Origin: Amoebophrya sp. A120
Lineage: Eukaryota; Protista; Dinoflagellata
Reading direction: 5' to 3'
NCBI GenBank assembly: GCA_905178155.1
Contig: CAJINV010000002.1
Location: forward strand, 1,671,216 to 1,735,215
Length of the DNA stretch: 64,000 bases
Made by a program: the position numbers and the translations under genes
Part shown: positions 42,101 through 50,840 of the stretch, piece after piece
Position numbering within the stretch: position 1 is the stretch's first letter
Layout of the letters: every line of letters starts with the position of its first letter
The notes under the pieces: model-generated
Seen by the model: the letters and a program-made list of their open reading frames with translations, nothing else
Told to the model about the DNA's origin: nothing
The model's database searches: none

Positions 42101-42174
42101 GAAGAGACCTCCTGCGTCGAGAAGCGCCGCGGCGCTGCCATGTCGGTCTTCATCGGGTTGGAACCTGGTTTCAT
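154..42174 (-). CDS. Giant secreted/surface multidomain protein (>4,600 aa, continues beyond base 1), split by 76 TAT...ATA elements. Contains a signal-like N-terminus, an EGF-like module, Cys/GGGC repeats, fascin/ricin-like beta-trefoil repeats, four PLAT/LH2-like repeats, a PAN/apple-like module and Thr-rich linkers
   Basis: Exons are the intervals between the listed elements. Removing each element plus one 5-bp DR gave an open frame at every junction checked by hand, e.g. FYGVS|YAQPDH, QTQP|KPYAELEFSGTG, RGYQ|TTEQTSEMWTQS, GVWDS|SDWTEQEL, PCDA|ATAAKCG. This joins ORF-track pieces 41899-42195, 39665-40198, 31777-32319, 28038-28694, 19272-20210, 6395-7279, 4050-5528 and 331-2931. Candidate ATGs are 42174, 42153 and 42141, with an in-frame stop at ~42214. 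Domain names are by eye. Confidence 0.85.
212..361. mobile_element. Introner family B (TIR core GCAAAAGTATCGTACTC)
   Basis: TAT...ATA ends, DR GTCGA, frame restored. Confidence 0.9.
362..2956 (-). CDS. Largest exon of the giant gene: three tandem ~200-aa Cys-containing beta-trefoil-like repeats
   Basis: ORF 331-2931 minus its last residues, which read into an element. The repeat WTxxPKPTTPRxCDTxKxPVxIxH...VCLKNxGxxKxLVLxND...HVCGxEQNVAPNxC occurs three times. Confidence 0.85.
2957..3155. mobile_element. Introner family C (A-tract TIR AGAAAAAAAGT)
   Basis: DR TCTGG, frame restored. Confidence 0.9.
3587..3852. mobile_element. Introner family A (TIR core TGTCTGGGTCTGGAA)
   Basis: DR TCGGC; very similar to 55763-56024. 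Confidence 0.9.
3928..4190. mobile_element. Introner family A
   Basis: DR ACTAA. Confidence 0.9.
4191..5588 (-). CDS. Large exon of the giant gene (repeated GW...C...WY...FGNC modules)
   Basis: ORF 4050-5528, in frame with both neighbouring exons after element removal. Confidence 0.8.
5589..5804. mobile_element. Introner family C
   Basis: DR GATCG/GATTG. Confidence 0.88.
5872..6141. mobile_element. Introner family A
   Basis: DR GTACC/ATACC. Confidence 0.88.
6206..6456. mobile_element. Introner family A
   Basis: DR GTTGT. Confidence 0.9.
7305..7557. mobile_element. Introner family A
   Basis: DR AACAA. Confidence 0.9.
7615..7762. mobile_element. Introner family B
   Basis: DR CGTGC. Confidence 0.9.
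7823..8080. mobile_element. Introner family A
   Basis: DR TTCCG. Confidence 0.9.
8291..8569. mobile_element. Introner family D (TIR core AAAAACGTCCCCACMCCAGAGT)
   Basis: DR CCCCG. Confidence 0.9.
8660..8924. mobile_element. Introner family A
   Basis: DR CGAGT/CAAGT. Confidence 0.88.
8991..9143. mobile_element. Introner family B
   Basis: DR TGCGC/GGCGA (2 mismatches), frame restored. Confidence 0.85.
9189..9450. mobile_element. Introner family A
   Basis: DR CAGGG/CCGGG. Confidence 0.88.
9904..10172. mobile_element. Introner family A
   Basis: DR CGTGT. Confidence 0.9.
10422..10673. mobile_element. Introner family A
   Basis: DR CCACT. Confidence 0.9.
11028..11125. repeat. 13-bp tandem repeat (GACAGGTGACCTT/CTG), about 7-8 copies
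   Basis: Read directly from the sequence. Confidence 0.9.
11165..11523. repeat. ~90-bp minisatellite, about 4 copies (CCCCACTAGTGCTTCGCGCACTAAGCCACTATGCGCGCGCCTGGTGTGAGGC...)
   Basis: Read directly; the last three units are near-identical. Confidence 0.9.
11863..12179. mobile_element. Introner family E (TIR core GGAAAAATCCCCCCTCCCCATAT)
   Basis: DR GTGGA. Confidence 0.9.
12199..12408. mobile_element. Introner family C
   Basis: DR AGTCG; close to 5589-5804. Confidence 0.9.
12453..12706. mobile_element. Introner family A
   Basis: DR CGTAG. Confidence 0.9.
12776..13058. mobile_element. Introner family D (opposite orientation to 8291-8569)
   Basis: DR CCATT/CCACT. Confidence 0.88.
13447..13720. 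mobile_element. Introner family A
   Basis: DR GCCAG. Confidence 0.9.
13838..14092. mobile_element. Introner family A
   Basis: DR CGGGG. Confidence 0.9.
14138..14295. mobile_element. Introner family B
   Basis: DR CGGGA/GGGGA. Confidence 0.88.
14549..14815. mobile_element. Introner family A
   Basis: DR CTGCG/GTGCG. Confidence 0.88.
14895..15146. mobile_element. Introner family A
   Basis: DR AGGGC/AGGGG. Confidence 0.88.
15239..15444. mobile_element. Introner family C (inverted relative to 12199-12408)
   Basis: DR ACGGT. Confidence 0.9.
15524..15850. mobile_element. Introner family E
   Basis: DR TTGCT/TTACC (2 mismatches), frame restored. Confidence 0.85.
15919..16184. mobile_element. Introner family A
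   Basis: DR GAAGT. Confidence 0.9.
16220..16498. mobile_element. Introner family D
   Basis: DR GTGGG/TTGGG. Confidence 0.88.
16553..16697. mobile_element. Introner family B (left end GAT)
   Basis: DR TAACC. Confidence 0.88.
16728..17042. mobile_element. Introner family E
   Basis: DR GTCTT. Confidence 0.9.
17105..17414. mobile_element. Introner family F (TIR TATGGAWGYGTCAGG)
   Basis: DR GGTGC. Confidence 0.9.
17471..17688. mobile_element. Introner family C
   Basis: DR GCCGC/GCTGC. Confidence 0.88.
17775..17988. mobile_element. Introner family C
   Basis: DR CCAGG. Confidence 0.9.
18030..18285. mobile_element. Introner family A (inverted near-copy of 7305-7557)
   Basis: DR AACAT. Confidence 0.9.
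18406..18630. mobile_element. Introner family G (TIR TATGAGAGTGCACAAC)
   Basis: DR GTCGT. Confidence 0.9.
18779..19063. mobile_element. Introner family D
   Basis: DR CCCGG/CCCAG. Confidence 0.88.
19102..19307. mobile_element. Introner family C
   Basis: DR GTGAC. Confidence 0.9.
20124..20692. mobile_element. Introner family D with a ~290-bp foreign insert (~20367-20653)
   Basis: DR CTGTT. Confidence 0.88.
20744..21012. mobile_element. Introner family A
   Basis: DR CCCAG. Confidence 0.9.
21188..21449. mobile_element. Introner family A
   Basis: DR GCGTT/GCATT. Confidence 0.88.
21523..21784. mobile_element. Introner family A
   Basis: DR TCCGT/CCCGT. Confidence 0.88.
21911..22221. mobile_element. 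Introner family F
   Basis: DR CACCG/CAGCG. Confidence 0.88.
22272..22481. mobile_element. Introner family C
   Basis: DR TCCCA. Confidence 0.9.
22545..24277. mobile_element. Introner family C with a nested element, spanning an N gap
   Basis: DR GGTCC on both sides of the gap; frame restored (RED|QNEVD). Confidence 0.88.
22700..24223 (+). mobile_element. Non-autonomous rolling-circle (Helitron/Helentron-like) element nested in introner 22545-24277; contains an N gap
   Basis: 5' end TACTATTTAAACTGC. 3' hairpin GCACGGGGAC-tct-GTCCCCGTGC followed by GGACCTTGT. No TSD. Internal GACACACCCCA repeats. Confidence 0.6.
24450..24711. mobile_element. Introner family A
   Basis: DR CCGTG/CCGTA. Confidence 0.88.
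24772..25041. mobile_element. Introner family A
   Basis: DR ACACG. Confidence 0.9.
25175..25323. mobile_element. Introner family B
   Basis: DR ATCTT. Confidence 0.9.
25369..25630. mobile_element. Introner family A
   Basis: DR ACACC. Confidence 0.9.
25698..26007. mobile_element. Introner family E
   Basis: DR ATGCG. Confidence 0.9.
26334..26523. mobile_element. Introner family H (TIR TATCCCACRGAAAAA...GGCAGG)
   Basis: DR TCCCA. Confidence 0.9.
26609..26872. mobile_element. Introner family A
   Basis: DR GACCC/AACCC. Confidence 0.88.
26944..27215. mobile_element. Introner family A
   Basis: DR CGTGC. Confidence 0.9.
27563..27773. mobile_element. Introner family C
   Basis: DR CAGCA. Confidence 0.9.
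27829..28108. mobile_element. Introner family A
   Basis: DR CCAAC. Confidence 0.9.
28581..28890. mobile_element. Introner family E
   Basis: DR CGCCT/CGCGT. Confidence 0.88.
28996..29204. mobile_element. Introner family C
   Basis: DR CCGTC/CCGCC. Confidence 0.88.
29388..29666. mobile_element. Introner family D
   Basis: DR CAGCA. Confidence 0.9.
29704..29967. mobile_element. Introner family A
   Basis: DR CGTGC. Confidence 0.9.
30018..30797. mobile_element. Tandem triple of family A introners (30018-30274, 30280-30533, 30539-30797)
   Basis: Four ACACC DR copies; frame restored (TMV|YNVYET). Confidence 0.9.
30852..31128. mobile_element. Introner family A
   Basis: DR GGTCG. Confidence 0.9.
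31155..31487. mobile_element. Introner family E
   Basis: DR CGTGG/TGTGG. Confidence 0.88.
31551..31846. mobile_element. Introner family A (divergent)
   Basis: DR TTGGT/TCGGT. Confidence 0.85.
32253..34482. mobile_element. Introner family E with a nested TIR transposon, spanning an N gap
   Basis: DR GTACA; frame restored (LSQMY|FQPATG). Confidence 0.88.
32465..34371. mobile_element. Non-autonomous TIR DNA transposon (~80-bp TIR, 8-9 bp TSD) nested in introner 32253-34482; contains an N gap
   Basis: TAGGCGTGGGCCTGCGGGCCTAAATTCCGG...GACATTTGACCGAA is inverted at both ends, and (C)TACAGTTC is duplicated. Superfamily (MULE, hAT or P) cannot be resolved. Confidence 0.85.
34534..34813. mobile_element. 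Introner family A (divergent)
   Basis: DR ATCCG. Confidence 0.88.
35862..35962. repeat. (GGTTGGTGGAGA)n minisatellite
   Basis: Read directly from the sequence. Confidence 0.85.
36001..37284. mobile_element. GC-rich non-autonomous TIR element (TTAGGG...CCCTAA ends, ~60-bp TIR, 5-bp TSD GAAGT) nested in the 4.8-kb introner
   Basis: TTAGGGAGRAAAACCGGGGGGACCGTGGTGAATCT at both ends in inverted orientation; GAAGT at 35996-36000 and 37285-37289. Confidence 0.85.
37437..37710. mobile_element. Truncated family E introner within the cargo
   Basis: Left TIR and interior present; right TIR missing after GATTTGTGTAC. Confidence 0.75.
40137..40415. mobile_element. Introner family D
   Basis: DR CCGCA. 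Confidence 0.9.
40467..40728. mobile_element. Introner family A
   Basis: DR GACCG. Confidence 0.9.
40769..40923. mobile_element. Introner family B
   Basis: DR CATCC. Confidence 0.9.
41000..41214. mobile_element. Introner family C (left end TGT)
   Basis: DR CTGCT. Confidence 0.88.
41251..41458. mobile_element. Introner family C (2957-type)
   Basis: DR TCCCG. Confidence 0.9.
41708..41961. mobile_element. Introner family A
   Basis: DR CGCGT. Confidence 0.9.
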
Positions 42175-43859
42175 CTGGACAAGGTATCGAGGCAAATTAT
42201 CCCGCAGAAGTTCTTACGCAATGGCAGCAGCTCTGGTTCCGTTCGTTCCCGGGAGCAGTGTAGTTTCTACGATTCGGAGGTCGTGGTAAAGCTCCTCACC
42301 AACAACATTACATAGCGAATCTTTTACGTAGCAGTAGTAGTGGTGAAACTTGGTAGTGTTCATTCTTATGCACTTACTTGGTAAATAGAGACTTCTTGAA
42401 ATATGCTAAATACCAGGCATAGAAATCATTTATCAAATATCTCTACATAGGACGAACTTCGTTCATTTTTTTGAATCCTAAATTATGCAAATCTCTGATG
42501 CGCAAAAGATAAAAGATCTACACAGAATTTTACTAAATCCTATGCAAAATATATAAAACTGAATAAAATCTTACATGGGAATAGCGATAAAGCTAGCGCT
42601 ATAAAATAAATAGACTATGCGAAAAGTTAAAAAACTGAAACCATATCTAGGATAATTTTGTCGTATAGAGGTTATGCACCTGTACTATGCTAGAACAAGA
42701 AAAACAACTCAAACACTTCGTACTCGATTCAACTGAGACTAGCCGAAAACTATAATCGTACAAAACCACAATTTTTACCGTAGAAAAATTAGTACTTCGA
42801 AATAGGACAATGAATCTACGGAAATGTTGTAATTTTGCTGAAAATATTACCGGGCTAGTTCTTGGTAGTCTTCACACCCAATTCTCAGTGGTTGAAAATC
42901 GAGATATCAAGACTACCAATGTGGAGCTTCTGGGAGAAAGAAGCGATGTACTTCTTTGGCCGTGCTGTGGTTCCTGTTTTCAGTTGTAAAAACGATAAAT
43001 TGCGGTGGAAGCACGAAGACTTTTTACGAAGAGAGCTGTTGGAAGATGTTTTTGTGTTCGTTGTACTTCTTGCCTCTGCACATGGAATGAATTATCCAGT
43101 TCGACTAGTGTACAGTTGCATACTCACAGCGACTTCTTCACGGTAGTCTGTATTCACTTATTTCCAGTTCTCACGACGGTATGTTCACGCGACGGACTTT
43201 CTTCATCATCTGTGACCGATTTTTTTCCGTTTCTGTGTGCATTCTTTGTGCTCAGCACGACGCTTCCAGTTACTACTACGTATCTTTCATTCATCTACTT
43301 TACTTGGTACTCTACTCACGACATCTGGCATGCGACATCCTATGATTTTTTTGTTGGGCGAACAGAATGGATGAGAATGCAGTTTATTTTTCGAAAATTG
43401 CTTTTCCACGACTTTGAGATGATGATGAATACTTACACACTGCTCCCACCATGCGTGCGTGAGTTGTTTCTACTTCGCGACTTCAAATCCTACACACTCA
43501 AATACGACAGACACAACTTTGAGTAGAATGCATTCCTGTTTTGAGTCAAGTTGAACTTTCTATCACTTATGTCCCACTTCTTGTTCTCTCATGAATACTC
43601 AAAACATACCGTGCCTTTTTTCTACCCCAGCACCTCAATCACCAGACAGGGGGACTATATTTCCGCAGTCATTTATTCTCAACACCACACTCAACAGAGT
43701 TACGTCTTTGTAGTTCTTTCCCCCAGAGCGAAGATACTTGTTCTGTCATTGTTCCTAGTCCCACTGTGCTATCGGATGAAGAAGATCCGCGTCTACATGT
43801 GAACACATCAAAAATACGTTTTGTGACACGACGGGAGACAAGGCACAACACTGAAAGTG

Positions 43860-44668
43860 TTTACCGTCGCTTTAGCGTCGTCTCGGCTTTTAATTCGTTA
43901 TCTTTGAAACTCGTTGCGTGGCAATAATAGATGAAATTATGATGAGCAATCCTTGTTGTGAAGTGTGGCGTTGAAGTCCTCAAGAGTGAACTGCGTAATC
44001 AATGCATCCAAGTTGTTCGCTTTCGCGTGGAAATATCTCGATTTGTTTCCACAGGTCTTCGCGGCTCTCATGATTCCAAAGTCGGAATTGAAATTCGCTT
44101 CGTGCGCAACAAGAATTGAAAGGAAGCCGCGGCGCTCTTCTTCTTCTGCAGGGCCACAACTCCTCGACTTACAATCCGTTCAAAAAGATCCACCGTTCTT
44201 GTAATGCCCGAGCAGCGTAAACACGGTCCAACAGTTTGGACTTTTCGCTTCTTCCAACCAGCTCGGCTCTGGTTTTAAATGCGGCGCCTCCAGCCCTTCG
44301 ATAATTTTCCGAATGGTCAGGTAGTCAAAAGCAGGAGAAGATGTTGCGTTGGCGCCAGCAGCCTCAGCACTGTTCATATTTTTCCTCGCTTGTGCTTCGA
44401 TAAACTCCGCCTTCTCCTTTGGCAAGTTTTGGCCGCATTTTCGCAAGAAGGTGTCTTTCTGCAGTAACTCGTTGAGAATTTCCCCCTCCTCTCCCGTCCA
44501 TGTGAGGCTTTCGTGGTCGGGCTGGTCGTTTAGAACCTCGGCCATGGAGCGAAATGCTGGGGAATCGGATTCTATTTGGGTCTTGTCGTCTACTGCTGAG
44601 TCTGCACTGCTGGTCGTGCTGCACTCGGCGTGCGCGGTCGCTTGATGTAGTTGGGCGTCGATTGCCAT
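43860..44668 (-). pseudogene. Possible degraded ORF of unknown function
   Basis: A 162-aa ATG ORF (44668-44180) continues in frame past its TGA with protein-like composition and further stops. No recognisable motif. Confidence 0.3.
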
Positions 44669-47177
44669 TTTGGTTTTTCGATTACTGCAGGATAATAGAA
44701 ACTATGTGGTGTTCTTTTCTTACTCAAGAAACATAGAATCGCTCGTGAATAGAAAGAATGAGCCCGGGGCCGCAGAGAGTCTGCTGGGATACTGCAGGTG
44801 GAACTCTACCAAGCAAGGAGACGCAAGATACTACTTCAAGTTGCTGCGCTGGATTGATGAGGATTAGGGAATTTGATGCCCTTCTAACCCATGTTGCACT
44901 ATGCATTTGTTGTATGGATTTAGTACTGCGACTGTATGGATGTAGTACTGCGCAGCTGAGAAAATACAAAAAAAAATTGCCGGCGCGACAATAGCTGTTC
45001 GTCGCTACTCGCCATCGGCCCTTCATCGGACGCGCGGTCACGAACAAATACTGACGAACAGTCCTCATGACGGAGGGACGGAGCGATGAGTGGCTGGGTT
45101 CGATCGGCCCGGCGAAGAGGCGGCTGACCGACCAAGCCGGCTCGGCCTGAGAGAAAAACTCTGTTGAGGGTGGCTTGCACAAGCAAACCAAAACATATTT
45201 ATTGGCAGGCCCCCCAAACAAACTAACAACTTTGGCGCGCGACGGCCGGACGGGACGCTGGCTCCCTCACTCGGTCGCACAGGCACAAGAGGCTGCCCAG
45301 GCCAAGACAGAGAATATCTAGCCCGGGCGCGGAAGCAGACGGCGCAACCCAACGAGGCCCGCCCTGCAGTCAGACCGAGGTCCAAGGGCTAGGGCTGCAA
45401 AGCCAATGACAAAAGCGCCCCAATGCGCCCGGCAACCCCGACGCGTACCGGCCCGCCGGGGCATGCGTGCGAGCGACATACGGAGGGCGGCCGGGAGCAG
45501 CCAGAGAATACCCAACACCCGGCGCGCGGGGGGCGCGCGCAGATTGGGGGCGGGCCGAGACACGGTCGGACGGGCGCGCGCCGGCCCGGCCCAGCGCGGA
45601 GGCGGGCGGGCCGCCACCCTCGAGAGGCTACCCCCGCCCGCCGCCCATTTTCTTGCCGGGCGGCGAACGCAGGCAGGCAGGCAGGCAGGGGCGGGGCGCG
45701 CGGCTTTGGCCTTGGCCTTGGCGCTTTTCCGGCGGGGAAAGGTCGCACAACGGGCGCCGGTGCTCAGCGGGCGCCTGTGCGCGCGGGCCTTCGCCTGCTA
45801 CTGCGGCCCGCCACGTCGGCGCCCGCTTCCTCCCGGGGCAGATCTGCCGCGCCTGAGTAACGCGCACGGGCCCGGCCACAATCAAGGGGGCGGGCCGACG
45901 GGCCCGCGCTGCGCTTTTCATTCCGCCCCCCGCGCCCGCCTGGTTGGCGCGCGGCACACAGGCAAAAACCAAAAAAAAAATGGCACAAGCTTCGGCAGTG
46001 TTGGGGCACGCCAAACTGTCGGGGCCACTTGCACGTCTGCACCATAGCCAGCAGCCCAGGCCACAAGACGCGGCCGGCTGGCATCGATTACGATGGCCAC
46101 CCGGCGGAGGCGCGTCGCCCGCGCCAGGCGTCTTGACACCCCTGCCCCGCCTCTGCCGCTGCTGCCGCACCTCTGGGGCGGGCCCGGAAACTGACACAAC
46201 TGCGCCAGGCAATTGGTGACATAGGCCACGCGCTGCGCGGGCATTGCAACCAGCCCCGCGCAGGCTGGGGCGTTCCGGGTGAAGCGCAGGGGCCGAGGGA
46301 GTGCTAGCGAGGTCGGTCGAGTAAACGGCTTTCACATTCGCGGCGTCCTCAGCCATCTGGCTGCACAAATTCACGAGCGGGCGGCTTCCCGCGAAGCAGG
46401 TGCCATCGAGGCCGGAGCTGTAGGCCAATGCGTTCAGCGAAACAGCAGCGGCGCAGTCGACGCCGGCGCTCTCCTTCCCGGAGGTGGAAAACACGTCCAT
46501 CAAGTGCTGACGTCCTTCCATGCGAGATAAGAACAAAAAGCAACAGGAACTCGCCATAGGCATAGCCTATAACGGCCTCGAATTTTAGAGGCGAGCGCCG
46601 AAGGCATTTTTTCTGTGGCGTACTTATGAGTTTGGCTTTGAAGTGTTATCCAGGCTCAGTAACATTGGATATCCATGATCGCTAGATCGCATTTGCAAAA
46701 ACTCGTGCTGCAGAAACTGGGTCGTGCTGCAGAAACATTTTGACCTCCGCTTGTTGTCAGTCGATTTTGTCTGAGGTTTCTTGCTAAAGACCAGTAAATG
46801 CGCTGTTTTCATTCGTCATTTAAAAAGTCTTAGTCTTGAAGATTTTGGAAACGCGCACCCAATGATGAAGTCGCGTTTTTTTTTCTTCGAATTATTTCGG
46901 GCACTGCCGACTTCTTCTTCTGGTATACTTACATTCATTCAGAGAGAGCAAATGACGTCGCATCGTGAAACTTCACAGGGCGAGTAGTTGCATTCTTCGT
47001 AAATCGTACAAATATATAACCAACTTTGACGCCAGAAATCAGCATGCGTCGTATGTCTGAAATGGGGCGCTTAAATGAGATGGCTGGGACTAAGCCATCT
47101 TTTATTTCCCTCAGGACCGCGTCGAATCCAGCCTCAAAAATTCACTGCGGTTCTCTTCATTCAAATCCCCCGCTTCT

Positions 47178-48205
47178 TCATTCGTACTTGAAGATCCGGA
47201 TATCCCTCTCCACCACCTCGTATGCATTGCAAAAGTATCGCACAACTAGTATGCATTGCAATACAAATTGGCGCAGCATTACGAATTAAATTTGTAATGC
47301 GGATCTCCCTTAGCATCTAGATTTGTAATGCATAACCGCAATTAGTACGAGTGCGATACTTTTGTACAGGATACCTCGGCCAAAATCCGCACCTCCGCCT
47401 TCTCCCACTCCTCCTCATTCGTGTACTCCATGTCCAACGAAGCCAACAAAGACCCCTTGTACTCCGGCGCGTCGTGGATTAACAGGCCGGATTCACAGTC
47501 CGGAAACTCGGCGATAATCACTAACCCCTTGTCGTCCGTAATCTCCGTGCCCGGGATAAAAGCGTTCCCGGTGCCCACCTTGCTGTCGTCGTAAAAAGTG
47601 GAACCACTGACATTTTTCAAATTCAGCTGCACCGGCTTGGTGTTCCCGTCGGGGTATTTGCAGTTGAAGCCGCTGGTGTTCGCCTCGCCGAACGCTTGGA
47701 AGTACTTCGCCCACTTCGATCCGTCCCCGTGGATGGTCTCGATTTGCGCGATCCAGTAGGCGTGGCCCTTCTGGAACAAATCGCCCGGGCCCTCGATGAC
47801 GCGCATCGACCGCTTCACGTACTCCGTGCGGTCCGGAATTTTTTCCATCGCGTCCTTCGCTGCCTGGAGGGATTCGTACTTGCCGACAAACATGTTCGGC
47901 GGGCATTTTTTCGCGGTTTCGTAGAAGGCGTGGGCCGGACCGACGTAGACGACCTTGATTGAATTTATGTTTATGATGAGAAGGGCGTATCGCATGAGAA
48001 AAAGGTTCTATAAGGGAATTTATGCATGACAGATTCTCGAAGATCGCAATGTCTAATAAAGTGAAGTACATATTACCTCCATGCAGCACTCCTTAATCCA
48101 GGCCATCATTTTGTCGCGGTATTCCATTTTTTTCTCGTCTGTATCCGCGACCCATTCCTTCATGAACAGAATTTGGTACCCAAACATCTTGCTGTCTTCG
48201 CCCAT
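47178..48205 (-). CDS. ~250-aa protein with two DUF1330-like (dimeric alpha+beta barrel) halves
   Basis: Exons 48205-48077, 47953-47374 and 47215-47178. There is a canonical GT-AG intron at 47954-48076 (ECCME|VVYVGP) and an introner at 47221-47373 (LAE|VVERDIRIFKYE*). Motifs AYWIAQIET...KWAKY and LVIIAEFPD...DAPEY resemble DUF1330 by eye. Confidence 0.65.
47221..47373. mobile_element. Introner family B in the DUF1330-like gene
   Basis: DR CCTCG. Confidence 0.9.
47954..48076 (-). other. Canonical GT-AG intron
   Basis: GAG|GTAATA...ATCAAG|GTC, in frame. Confidence 0.7.
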
Positions 48206-50840
48206 CTTGGTGGATATTTAGGTACGACGGGGGGCACTGGTGCTCTTTACCAGCTCGCGTTATTGATGGAAAAGAATTTCTACACGGATTTTTTTCTGCG
48301 ACTTGTGATTTTCGTTTTGCAATGCGCAGCCGTAAAGATTCTTCGATATGAACCGCAGGATGAATGGCGAGCGGGGGCTTATTCTGAAAATTCGTGATTA
48401 ACCCTAACCTGACAGACTGGAAAATTGCAATTCTTTCACATTTTCTGTGTTGAGTGCGATGAAGAAAAGTCGACTTTTGTGCGGCTCGGTGTATCTGCTT
48501 TCAGATGCTCAGCTTTGTCCGCTCGATGGATCGCTCTTGGACACACATACCAGACTTGTGTAAGTATAGCGACTCGCGTCAAGTTCCATAAACTTCAAAG
48601 AGAATAGAGATAGACCGACAATTAAAGCGACACGTCGACGAGGTGCGTGGCTACTTCTCCAAAGTCTACTTGCGCGGGACTTTTGCTGTGTTCCGGTAGC
48701 TGGGGAACACGGATCAATGCTGGCGCGGGCTATGCGCGTGAGAGAGCAATGGCTTCGGTCCTTGGGCTAGGGCCCCTGCCCAAGGAAACAAATGATTTGT
48801 CGAAGAGGTCGAGCTCACGCCCGGAACAATCCACAACCACTACGAATGCAATTGGGCCAGCTACTTAACTCAGCACGTCATTGCAATTGCCGAAGAGCTC
48901 GGGCGCATTCGGGCGGGGCGGGCCTCGACTGCCCCGGCCGACAACGGGCGGCCGCCTGGCCGGCAGATTGGGCGACGGCTATTAATTTGCCTGGCTGCGC
49001 GAACCACCCGGCGCGCCGCCCCGCGCCCCTGCTGGTAACCAGACTGCAGCCTGCCAGGGGCGAAGCGCGGCCCGCCTGCTGCCTACCATAGGTTGATAGG
49101 CTACGGGCGCGGGCAGGCCTCTAGCCAACACGAATAGGGGCTGCGAAAATCAGCGGAGGGGCCGACGCAGGGGACAAGAGGCCCACACCCATCCGGGGCG
49201 GGGCTCCGAAAACATGGCGGGGCCCCTGCCTTCCATCCACCGCAGGCACAAAAACGCCGGGCGGCGGCGCCACGCGGGCGGGGCGAGAATGAAACGACGC
49301 GCCCCGGCCCTCTCGTTCGATCTACCCCGCTATCTGGGGGCGCAGGCGGCTGCGCCTTGGCGGGACCGTGCGCGCGGGCTGACAACCAAACTAGCACGCG
49401 AGCGCGGCGGCCGGGCCACTGATTGACTGGAGCTGGTCGCCCGGGCCTGCGTGCCAGATGCCTTCGGTGCCCGCGCGATCCTCGGCGCGCCCCCCATGGC
49501 CTCCTCGTTTTCGCGCACTCGTTGGCCGCAGGGGCTTGGCTGCGAGCCAGCGCCACTCCGGGCGGCCGGGGCGCGCGCGACGCCGATCCTGCTCGCGGCC
49601 AAGGCTCCTCGGTCGGGCGGGGGCCAAAAGCGACGCGACCCAAGCACGCGCCCACCCGGGACAGACGCACGGCCCGGGGCTCCGGCTTGCGGTGGCTGTC
49701 GTGGGCGGGCTAGTTCCAAAGCACCGAAAGCCGGGCGGCTAAAGTTCAAAACCCCAAAACCCAGAAGGGCACAGGCACACTACAATCGGGCAAAACCTCA
49801 AAAGACCAAAATGCCAAAACGTCAAAAAACCCAAGAGGCCGCCCGGCCGCCCGCCGCCCCCCCCCCCGGCGCCCACAATGGCCAGGCACGCCAGCGCTTC
49901 CGTCGCGCCTCCCTGGCTGCCTGCCGACGCTCGGATCGGCAGCCAGCCCGCCCGAAGCTCGCCACACGCTTCTTGTCGATCGCGGCGCGTGCCCCCCCCC
50001 CCCCTTACGGGTTTGCGCACATTTGATAAGCCGCCCGCGCCCCTGTCCAGTGGCGCGGGCGCCTGCGCGCCCCTCCGGCAGGAGGGTGCGCGGGCGGGCG
50101 GGCAACGGGGGCCAACCACATCCGCCCGCCGTGCCAAGGGTGTCCGGCACTGGCGGCGCGCCAGATCGTGGGCCCAAGGCCGCCCGCCTTGCACGGGGGG
50201 CGCCCCCGCGCAAGGCGGCTGGCCGTCTTTGTCCTGCCGGGCGCTGGGCCGGGTCGCTGCCCCTTTCGCGGCGCAACACACACGCGAAACACAACCAACG
50301 AAACCCGCCGCGCGAGACACCCACTACGGCCCCCAACTGGCCTCCACACAGGTGGCGCGTGCCGACGCCGCGCGCTTACGCACTTTATTGCCACAGCGGC
50401 CCCGACCCGGCCGCGCGCCGGTTGCCCTCCCGAAGTCGGGCGGCTGCCTGCATTTGCGACGCAATCAACTGCGCCACCGACGTGGCCACGGACGCGCACC
50501 CCCTTACCTACCCGGTTAGGCTACCGCGGTAGCTTTTCCGTCGAGGTGGGAAGTGGAGTGTTCTTTTGCCGAAGAAACACGGCGCAAAAACGACCTGTTG
50601 TAGCACGCAACGCCGCAGGATTACGCAGGAACACACTATGGAGGACAAGAGAAAACTGATAAAGGTGGTTGCGCCAGACCGCAGGGGAAAAAGTATACGA
50701 TAGATGTCGCAAGCTCGGCCTAGGCCTCGAGTCAGTAATAGGGGTAGTTGCTTCTGCTATATGTGCATGTAGTTTGAGTCAGTATAGATTGATTACTTAA
50801 AGTATGCGAACATCTTCGCCACACCTCATCTTCCACTCAA

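Noticed and set aside
45318-50659. Overlapping Arg/Pro/Gly/Ala-rich ORFs on both strands
   Set aside because: Stop-codon scarcity in GC-rich DNA; no domain-like sequence.
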